A DNA stretch of 32,000 nt. Source: Candidatus Omnitrophota bacterium. Its GTDB lineage: Bacteria > Omnitrophota > Gorgyraeia > Zapsychrales > JANLHA01. The notes under the pieces are model-generated. The model saw only the letters and a program-made list of their open reading frames with translations. It ran no database searches and was not told the DNA's origin. The translations under genes and the position numbers were made by a program. Shown here one piece after another: positions 16,369 to 25,500 of this stretch; within the stretch, counting starts at the first letter, position 1, and each line of letters starts with the position of its first letter. The DNA lies in contig OY759724.1 of the NCBI GenBank assembly GCA_963662715.1, positions 1,440,001 to 1,472,000 on the forward strand, in the 5' to 3' direction.

Positions 16369-18210
16369 GTGGCAGTAAATCTCAAAAGAATTTTCCGCCG
16401 GGTTTCCTATGGACATCATGCTTTTATTTTTTTTGTTCTTTTGGTCCTGTGCTTGACCGCCCTGTCGGTGTCCGGTGTTTTAAGGCTTGAATTTACGAAT
16501 CGGGATGACCCGGTCTATTTATTGGAGAACACATCTGTCCGCTCTTTTTCTTGGCCAAATCTTCGCAGGATTTTTTCTGAAACGATCTACAAAGCCTATT
16601 CGCCGTTGAGCACGTTGTCTTTCGCCGCCGAATATCATTTTTTTAAATACATCCCTTTTTATTATCATCTTGACAATTTGCTTTTGCACGTGGGCGTCAC
16701 CGCGTGGGTGATGCTTTTTGCGCGAACTTTAGGTGTGAGCCGACGGGCATCTCTGTTGGCCGGGCTTTTGTTCGGGATCCATCCATTGCATGTGGAGCCC
16801 GTGGCCTGGGTCGCCGCCCGAAAAAATGTTCTTTACGCCCTTTTTTATGTGCCGGCTCTCTGCGCCTACTCTGATTATCTTGCGGGCTTCGGACATCCGG
16901 AACGCCGGACAGCCCGCAGAAAAACAATGTATGCCTTAACGATATTCTTGGCATTGTTAAGCATTCTTGCCGAAGCGATGGCCTTGACGCTGCCGTTGGT
17001 TTTTTTGCTTTTGGACTGGTATCATCGACGTCCCTGGTCTAAAAGACTGCTGCTGGAGAAAATTCCCCATCTTTGTGTCGTGGCGCCCGTCGCGCTAATA
17101 ACATATTTTCCCCGGATTATGGATCCGGGCCGGTATTTTTCGGAAGCGATGCTGTTATTCTGGGCGGCGACATTTTATCTTAAAAAATTTTTATTCCCCT
17201 GGCCCTTGTTGCCGCATTATCCGGTTCCGGCCCCGATGCATTTTTTTCCCGGGGAATATTTGACGGCTACCCTTTTAGTCCTTGTTCTGGCTTATCTCCT
17301 GTGCCGGTTCCGTCGCAGGCGGTTGTTTGTTTTTGCTGTTTTGTTTTATGCGGCCACTGTTTTTTTTCTCCTGAAAGCTGATAATCGTGCGGATGCGGGC
17401 ATCGTTGCCGACAGATATATGTATATCCCCAGCGTAGGCTTTTGTTGTCTTGCGGCTGCCTGGTTTGATCAATTGTTGAACTCCCGTGGACGGCGCAGGC
17501 CGCTTGTGATTTGTTTCCTGATCATGATTTACTCATCCTTGGCCATGCAGACATATTTTCAGGTCCGGGTTTGGCGAAACAGCCTGACTCTTTGGAGCCA
17601 TGCCCTCCGTTTTTGGCCGGACAATGCCCTCTTTTGGCTTAATCGGGGAAGCGGTTTGTCGCAACAGGAGCGTTATCCGGAAGCATTGTCGGATTATCAG
17701 CATGCGTTATCCTTGAACCCTGAACTGGGCAAGGCCTATTATAATATGGCTTATATTTATTATCTCCAGGAGCAGGACATGGATGCTTTGGAGGTGCTCG
17801 AAAAAGAACTTAAGATCAATGACCGCGACATTGACGGTTATTTTTTAAAAGGGAATATTCTGCAGCGGAACAAGGCTTTGTTGGCCTCCATTGACACCTA
17901 TACTCATATTTTAACCATTGACCCGACGCATGTGCTGGCGTGGAACAACCGGGCTATCGCACATGCCAAACTCGGTCACGATCAACAGGCCTTGGAGGGG
18001 TTCACTCAGGCTTTGCGGCTGGATCCTATGTGCGGCGACTGTTATCTCAGCCGGGGCAATTTTTACCTGAACAAGAAAGAATATTATCTCGCGTTACAGA
18101 ATTATGATCAGGCCTTAAAAGTCAATCCGCAAGACGGCAGAGTATATTTTTTAAAAGCCGTTGTTTATAAGGAGATGAACCGCATGCGGAAAGCTGGCGG
18201 TAATTATTAG
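16369..18210 (+). CDS. GT-C fold (PMT/TMTC-like) membrane glycosyltransferase with C-terminal TPR repeats
   Basis: The product is 613 aa with a GTG start 7 nt after AAGGAGG. It has roughly 10 TM segments and an acidic first-loop motif (FTNRDDPVYLLEN). The C-terminal 200 aa or so are tandem TPR units (ALSDYQHALSLNPELGKAYYNMAYIY...). Confidence 0.8.
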   Translation: MAVNLKRIFRRVSYGHHAFIFFVLLVLCLTALSVSGVLRLEFTNRDDPVYLLENTSVRSFSWPNLRRIFSETIYKAYSPLSTLSFAAEYHFFKYIPFYYHLDNLLLHVGVTAWVMLFARTLGVSRRASLLAGLLFGIHPLHVEPVAWVAARKNVLYALFYVPALCAYSDYLAGFGHPERRTARRKTMYALTIFLALLSILAEAMALTLPLVFLLLDWYHRRPWSKRLLLEKIPHLCVVAPVALITYFPRIMDPGRYFSEAMLLFWAATFYLKKFLFPWPLLPHYPVPAPMHFFPGEYLTATLLVLVLAYLLCRFRRRRLFVFAVLFYAATVFFLLKADNRADAGIVADRYMYIPSVGFCCLAAAWFDQLLNSRGRRRPLVICFLIMIYSSLAMQTYFQVRVWRNSLTLWSHALRFWPDNALFWLNRGSGLSQQERYPEALSDYQHALSLNPELGKAYYNMAYIYYLQEQDMDALEVLEKELKINDRDIDGYFLKGNILQRNKALLASIDTYTHILTIDPTHVLAWNNRAIAHAKLGHDQQALEGFTQALRLDPMCGDCYLSRGNFYLNKKEYYLALQNYDQALKVNPQDGRVYFLKAVVYKEMNRMRKAGGNY

Positions 18211-18250
18211 GCCGGCTTGTTCTCTTGAAGCGATTTTTGCGCTAAGAAGA

Positions 18251-18616
18251 TCAAAAAGGCCGTTTCTGCAAAAGGATTTTGCTGGCGATAAACCAAATGG
18301 TCAGGCCACTTAATAGTAAGATGGTCCAGAATTTAGCTGACTTGACAAAACGGAAGGAGCCGTAATCAGAGATAGGTTCCGGCTGCACTTCTCCCATCAA
18401 TTCTCCATATTGATAGTAATATTCTTCGATAACCTTGCCTGTTTTATCAAATATCTGTTCAATGCCGTGTTTTTTTCCTTTTTCATACGAGACTTTGGAC
18501 TTCAGTTCCCCGGTTTCATAATATGTCATGTGTTCCTTTGGGCTGGAATGGCTTTGACCATAGGAAGAACCCGGCCATAAGACCAGAAGAATCAACAAGA
18601 AAACAGTTTTTGTCAT
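18251..18616 (-). CDS. MORN-repeat-variant (YwqK-like) protein with a signal peptide and a C-terminal TM anchor
   Basis: The product is 121 aa from the ATG at 18616, with GGAGAA SD upstream on the minus strand. It has a signal peptide (MTKTVFLLILLVLWPGSSYG), MORN-variant units (YYETGELKSKVSYEKGKKHGIEQIFDKTGKV) and a C-terminal TM helix (FWTILLLSGLTIWFIA). Confidence 0.7.
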   Translation of the reverse strand: MTKTVFLLILLVLWPGSSYGQSHSSPKEHMTYYETGELKSKVSYEKGKKHGIEQIFDKTGKVIEEYYYQYGELMGEVQPEPISDYGSFRFVKSAKFWTILLLSGLTIWFIASKILLQKRPF

Positions 18617-18751
18617 ATGAGTCGTTCTCCTGTTTTTTTGTCCTTTCACGACGTTCCGCTGTCCTTTGTCCTTGGATTCCTGCGGATATGCTTAAGGGGA
18701 TGAACAACGTTTCCTGCGTGTAGCGAGAAGGCCCGGCATTCCGGGGGTGTT

Positions 18752-19279
18752 TTAAAACGCCCCCCAGTCCTGATCCCCCGGGATGTAATACGAGGGGCAG
18801 ATAAACCGGAAAAGCTGTGCGAACCTTCTTGCTTTTGCTGAATCGTTATCGCTTTGCGTTTTGATTTCTGCTAAGGATGAAGCCGCAACTTGCGAGAAAT
18901 ACTCTTCAGTCGCTTTGTTCCGGGCTTCTTCGTCAGGATACAGAGAGCGTATCTGGGCTAATTCGCCGACGTCAAGCCATATCCCTCCGCATTGAGCGCA
19001 TTCGTCCAGTTCAACGCTTTTTTGAATGCTGAAATAATGCTTCATCATAATGATGTCTTGGCACCGGGGGCATTTTCTCTTGGCAGAATAATCGACCTTG
19101 ATGCTGCCGTCCCGGGAAATGTTCAGCAATTGTTCTCCGGCATGTTCGTGCGGTTCATCAACTTTTTCCAGTTCGAAATTGTCAAACCACACCCCGCCGC
19201 AGCCGCCCTCACAGACATCCAGGGCCAAATCTCCAATTTTGATTTCTTTTAAATTGTTCTGACATGCGGGACAAATCAT
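18752..19279 (-). CDS. double zinc-ribbon protein (zf-TFIIB-type, PF13453-like), paralog of 10054..10443
   Basis: The product is 175 aa with SD AAAGGAG. It has two intact units, CPAC...CEGGCGGVWFDNFELEKV and CPRC...CAQCGGIWLDVGELAQI, plus a C-terminal extension of about 70 aa. Confidence 0.8.
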   Translation of the reverse strand: MICPACQNNLKEIKIGDLALDVCEGGCGGVWFDNFELEKVDEPHEHAGEQLLNISRDGSIKVDYSAKRKCPRCQDIIMMKHYFSIQKSVELDECAQCGGIWLDVGELAQIRSLYPDEEARNKATEEYFSQVAASSLAEIKTQSDNDSAKARRFAQLFRFICPSYYIPGDQDWGAF

Positions 19280-19431
19280 AATAAATCTCCTTTTAAGTGT
19301 TCACTCTAATATCTTAAATTATGATTACGGCCTTTATTATACACTACAAAAATTGTCTTTTATAGCGGGGATTTGAGTTTATTTAACAGAGAGCGTGCTT
19401 ATTAACTATAAGAATTTGTTGGGTTTTTGTT

Positions 19432-19459
19432 TTGATCGTGACGAATTCATAATATAATA
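19432..19459 (+). promoter_or_regulatory. putative sigma70-type promoter of the giant-gene operon
   Basis: A -35 TTGATC sits at 19432..19437, then a 16-nt spacer, then a perfect -10 TATAAT at 19454..19459. It lies in an AT-rich divergent intergenic region about 75 nt upstream of the ATG at 19535. Confidence 0.4.
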
Positions 19460-19534
19460 AAAAACACGCTACTACTAAATTTATAGATATATGTAAACCT
19501 TCTGTTATCCAGACTTAAAGAAAGGCTAAGTATT

Positions 19535-22500
19535 ATGAAAAGATATTCTAAGAATATTACATGGATATTTTCGTTCAGCTTGGTTTTTGTCTTGTTCTTC
19601 TCCGGGGCCCCGGAAGCCAAAACCAACGGCGCGAGCTTAACCCAAAAAGTCGAGACTCTTTTAAGAAAATATGAGGATCTTCGGGAACAGAATAAAAGCC
19701 TGAAAGAAGATCTGGAGCGGGCCAATGAATTGGCGACGAAATATAAAGGTAAACTCATTGATGCGGAAGACTCTCTTCTGGAATTGCAGAGACAGATGCA
19801 AAACCAGAGCGAGGAGACAAAAGGGGGGCAGGATGCCCGGCAGGAAAAGTTGAAGAAGGAGCTGGATCAGGTCCGTCAGGAAGCCGGGGAATATGAAAAA
19901 CAGCTTTCCGAGAAAAAATCCCTCCTGAAAGACTTGCAGGCGAAAATTCAGAAACAGGCGGAACAGCTTGAAGGGGCCCGGACTGAATTGGAAGAGCAGA
20001 AAAAACAATTGAGCCAAAAGAAATCCGGAGCGGAAGACCTGGAGCAGGTCATTGCCAAATTGCGGGATGAGAATCAAAGACTCAAGGAGGATATTGAGGA
20101 AAGCCGAAAGACCATGAGAGACATCAAGACGTCTTTCAAAGAGGATGAGTCGTCTTTAAAGGAATCTTTGGAGAAAGAATTGCGTGAGCTTAAACAGGAA
20201 GTGCAGATTAGAGGGGCCTTTGTCAGAGACGGGGAGGAACAGATTGAATCTTTAAAGGCTGAAAAAACGCAATTGATGGAAAACATAAAAACGCTGGAAG
20301 AAAAAGTCGATGATTTGTCGGGTCGCAGGGACCGAAAAGAGGAGTCCGTAGCCAGAAAAATTGAAAAAGTCCGGCAGCCTTTGGAGGAGAAAATAAATGA
20401 GCTGCAAACGCAGCTGGAGGATTTGAAAAAAACGGAGCCGCAAAAAATTGAGGAAGCACAAAAGCCTTTGAATGAAAAGATAAAAGCTCTTACAAATGAA
20501 AATGTTTCTTTGCGAAAATCCGTGAAGGATGAAGTCCGGGCCGCCCGGGAGCCTTTAGAGGAAGATATTAAAGAGTTGCGGGGCCAGCTTAAAGAGGCGC
20601 AGGAACAAATGAAAGAGCAGGCTTTGCAGAGCGATAAAGCGGATGCCGAACAGGTTCAGGAATGGCAGGAAAAGCTGCGGGCAGCGGAAGAGTCCGGAGA
20701 AGAAAAAGAGCAGGAGGCCCGGATTTTAAAAGAGCAAGTGGATCAGGTGAAAAAACAACTGGCGGGTTTGGAAGAAGAGAATCAGACGTTGAGGGAAGAG
20801 TCTGAGTCGTTCAAGAAAGACCTGAAGAAGGAAAGGGAGTTGGCGGAAAAAGATCTGGAAGCGACGAAGTCTTCCTTGCAGGAGAAAATTGACGATCTGC
20901 AGCAGGAATTGAAGACTTCCGGGAAGAAGAAAACAGAGAAGCTTTTGAGACAGCAGGAAGACCTTGAGCGGGAGAAACTTGCTTTAGAAGAACAGATTCA
21001 AACAATAGAAAAAGCTGTCCCGGGGAAAATAGAAGAGGCTAAACAGCCTTTACAGGAGAAGATTGATTCTTTACAGGAAGCCTTAAAGGAAGCGCGCCGT
21101 TCCAAGGATGAAAAAGCAGCTCAGAAGGAAGAATCTTTGCGGGATGAGATATCCGAGTTAAGGGAACAGTTGAAACAGGCCAATAAAATCACGGCAGAAA
21201 AAGTTGAGGCGGCAAAGGCTTTATTACTGGATCAAGTTGCTGCTTTAGAACAGCAGTTGGAGGATCAGAAAGCCAGGCTTCCCGAGAAAATAGAGGAAGC
21301 CAAGCGCGAAGAGCAGGAAGAAATCGTGATGTTGGAAGCCCGCATTCGAGAAAAGGAACAGGAATTGTCCGCGCAGGAAGAAGCTATAAAGAATAAGTAT
21401 GAAAAGAAGTTTAAGTCCCAAGAGAAAGAGTTGAATCAGCTGAAAGTGAACGTCACGGAAGAGCAGGCTGAAAAGAGGAAAGCGGAGGTGGAGATTGAAC
21501 GATTGAGCCGGGAACTTAAAAGCCTTCAGAAGAGCGAAAATTCTCATCAGAAGGAACTGGCTTCTTTACAGGACCGGTTGAAAAGGCAGGACGCCCGGTC
21601 TGATCAGCTCGTCGAAGACAAGACAGCGAATTACCGGGTCCGTATTTCTGACCTGGAAGAGGAATTAAAGAAGGTTCGGGAGTCCGCTCAGCTGCAGGTC
21701 GATGAAGCTACGCAGGTTAAAGAAAATGAAATTGAGAAGTTGACCCGGAAAATTGAAAGCATTGAAAGCTCTATCCCGGAGAAGATCGCAAGAGCCAAAC
21801 AGCCTTTGGAAGAAGAAATTAAAGAGCTTAATAAAAAAATCAGACTTGATAAGAATTCCAAAAAGGAAGACCTTCAGAAGGCTCAGGAACCGCTGGAAGA
21901 AAAAATAAAAGATTTAGAAACCCGGATTGAAGAACAAGAGGCAGAATGGCAAGCCCGGGTCGAAGGCGCTAAAGAGCCGCTCTTGGAGCAGGTACGGGAT
22001 CTGGAGGCCAGGCTGAAGGAGAAGGACAGCGAGGTTGCCGGCCGGGTTGATAAAGCCCGGGAGCCGCTTCTGGAACAGGTGCGGGATTTGGAGGCCAGGC
22101 TGAAGGAGAAGGACAGTGAGGTTGCCGGCCGGGTCGATAAAGTCCAAGAGCCGCTTCTGGAACAGGTACGGGATCTGGAGGCCAGGCTGAAGGAGAAGGA
22201 CAGTGAGGTTGCCGGCCGGATCGATAAAGCCCGGGAACCGCTTTTGGAGAAGGTTCAGGATCTGGAGGCCAGGCTGAAGGAGAAGGACAGTGAGGTTGCC
22301 GGCCGGATCGATAAAGCCCGGGAACCGCTTTTGGAGAAGGTTCAGGATCTGGAGGCCAGGCTGAAGGAGAAGGACAGCGAGGTTGCCGGCCGGATCGAGT
22401 CTGTTAAAACGCCTCTGGAAGACAAGATTGCGGCTTTGAAAGAAGAATTGAAAAGTGTGCGGCAAGAAGGAGAAGACCGTTTAAAGGAAGACCAAAAAGA

Positions 22501-25500
22501 TAAAAAAGAAGAAATAGAAAAGGTAAGGCAGGAGTTTAAAGAGTATAAGAACAGGGTGTCGGAAAAAATCAGCAAAGCCAAGGAACCGCTGGAAGAGAAA
22601 ATTTTGCAGCTGGAGGACCGGCTTAAAGAGCAAAAAGAAGAAGGAGCCCGGCAGGTCGAAGAAGCTCAGGCCGTGTTAAGACAGGAGATAGGAAAGCTGG
22701 AAGCTGAGCTGAAGGAAAAGGATGCCGGTTTGACAGTCGGTCTTGAGGAAGCGAAAGAACCTTTGGTCGGACAGATTCAGGCCCTTGAGGAGAAATTGAA
22801 AGAAAAAGATACCGTCATGGCTCAAAGAATTGAGGAGGAGAAAGCCGCTTTTCAGGAAAAAATTGCCGTTCTGCAGGAAGAGTTAAGAACGGCGCGGGCG
22901 GAGGCAGAGGTCCGTTTGAAGGAGGAACAGGGGAAGAGCGCGGCGGAGATTGAAAAGGTTCAGCAGGAATTAAGAGAATATAAAGATAAAGTCTCGGAAA
23001 AGATTGCCAGAGCCAAGGAGCCTTTGCAGGACAAAATAGAAAAATTGAAAGAAGATCTTAAGGAAGCTAAAAGCAGACGCAGTACAGCTTTGCAGGATGC
23101 TCAGGCTCCTTTGGAGGAAAAAATCAGGGACTTGGAAGAGCAGCTGAAAGAGCAGGAAAAAAAGTGGGCGGAGAAAGCGGAAGAAGCCAGGCAGCCGCTT
23201 GTCGAACAGGTGCAGGTTCTTGAAGAAAAAATAAAAGAGAAAGAATCCGGAATCGAACAGCAGATTGAGGATGCTAAAGTTCCTTTATATGATGAGCTTG
23301 CCGCGGTTAAAGAAGAGCTGCAGACGGTACGGGCAGACCACGAAGAGCGTTTGAAAGAGGCCGCGCAGGAAAAATCAGAGGAGTTGAGAAAATTGCAGGA
23401 AGAGCTGGACGGGTATAAGAATAGCGTTGCAGACAAGATCGCGGAGGCTAAAAAACCTCTGGAAGAGAGAATTGCCGAATTAGAGCAGGATTTTAAGACG
23501 GCACAGGAAAAACATGAGGGTGTTTTACAGGAAGCCCAAAAACCCTGGGAGGAGAAAGTGCTGAACTTGGAGTCCCGGATAAAAGAACGGGATGAAGAGT
23601 GGGAGGAAAAAGTGGCCGAGTCCCAGGAGGCGTTGTTAAAACAGATAAAGTCATTGGAAACAGATTTAAGACTGAAGGGATCGAAGATTGCCGAGAAGAT
23701 AAAACTTGCCAAGGCACCTTTGGAAGAGGAAATCCTGTCATTGGAACAGGCCCTGAAAGATAAAGATAAGGAATTAGAAAAGAAGATTGAGGAGGCGAAA
23801 TTCCCTCTCGAGATTAAGATCAGGGGGCTGGTGCAGAAACTGGATGATTTTGAGGCCAGCATCCCGGGCGTGGTGCGGAAATCCCGGAGACCGTTGGAGG
23901 CCAAAATTGTTGACATGAAAGAGGAAATGGAAACCCTCCAAAATTCTATTCAGGAGAAAATCGCGGAGGCCAAAGTTCCTTTGGAGAAAGATAATGCGCA
24001 ATTGCGGGACAAAGTGCAGGAAATCCAGTTATCCGTTGCGGAAAAGGTCGCCAAAGCTAAAGAGTCCTTGGAGGATGATAATCAGCGTCTTAAGCAGGAG
24101 CTTCAGGAGCAGGAACAATCCATGGCCGAGAAGATTGCTTCGGCCAGACAGCCTTTGGAAGAGAAGATTTCCGCTCAACAGGAGGAAATGAAGGAACTCA
24201 AGAATTCTATCTCAACAAGAATTGAGGAAGCAAAAACCTCCCTGCAGGAGAAGATTGATTATTTGCTGGAAAAGATGAAGACGGATGAAACTTCCTTTAA
24301 AGAAGAGTTGAAAGCCGCTCAGGAGGCGACCCGGCAAGGCAAGGAGGACGTTCGCGGGCCTTTGGAAAATGAAATCCAACAATTGAAGTCGGAAATAAAA
24401 GAGTCAGGGGTGTTGATTAAAGAACAGGAGAAAACGATTAAGCAGATAACGAAAGAGAAGGACGATCTGCTGAGAGAACTTAATATCGCTGAGGATAAGC
24501 AGAATAAAATGAATGAGCTTGTTGACCGGTCCAAGGAAGAACAGCGGCAGTTACAGGCGGATATTCCTGAAAAAGTTCAGGAAGCCAAGGAGCCTCTTTT
24601 GGAAAAAATCCGGCAGCTGGAGGTTAAGATCGATGAGATAAACAGGGAGACAGCGGCGAAGATCGAGCAGGCAAAACAGCCTTTGCAGGAGCGTGTCGAG
24701 GACCTGAGCGCAAAACTTAAAGAAAAAGACGCGGCTTTGAGCCAGGAAATCTCCAAGGCGAAAGCCCCGTTGGAGAATAAGATCGAAACAGTGAAACAGG
24801 AGATCATAGAGAAGGATCGAAATATTCAAAGCCATCTTAAAGAGAAAGACAATCTCAATAAAGAGCTCGTTGCCGCATTGAAAGAGAATACGTCCTTGAA
24901 TGATTCTGTTATGACTCTTAAGAGAGAACTGCAGGCAGCGCAGGATAAGCTGCAGACGGATGTTTCAGAAACCCGCAGGGGATATGAACAGAAGATCGCG
25001 GATTTGGAGAGCCGTTTGAAAAAAGCCGAAGGCTCGCTCCCGGATCAGATCAATGCCGTAAAAGTTCCCTTGATTGATAAAATTGCCACGCTGGAAGAGA
25101 CCCTGAAAGAGAGGGACGCTAAGGAAGCCCAGCGCATCTCTGAGGTGCGGACGCCTTTAGAAGGGAAAATTCAAAATCTTCAGCAGCAGCTGCAGGAGCG
25201 GGATGCTTCCTTGTCGCAGAAAGTTCAGGAAGCCAAAGCCCCGTTGGAAGCAGAAATTCAGTCTTTAAAAACACAGTTGCAAAGTCACCAGCAGTCTTTG
25301 CCCGAACAGATTCAGGATGTCAGGCGTCCTTTGGAAGAGGAAATCTCTTCATTGAAAACGCTTTTGCGTGAAAACGAAAAGTTTATGTCGCAGCAGGAAT
25401 CTAAAATACAGGATAAGAGTCAGTCCTTGAGCCGGGCTCAAGAGGAGTTGACGAATTTGCAGAAGATGTTGGAGGAGACAAAAACCAAAAAAGATTCGGC

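Noticed and set aside
21974-22408. A regular short tandem repeat that might suggest a CRISPR array.
   Set aside because: The units are contiguous with no spacers, 87 bp long, non-palindromic, in frame and translated as part of the repeat protein. There are no cas genes.
21914-22465. A 183-aa minus-strand ORF with a striking internal repeat (PAGNLTVLLLQPGLQI...).
   Set aside because: It is the antisense shadow of the 87-bp tandem array inside the giant + strand gene. It has no start context, and its repeat simply mirrors the coding repeat.
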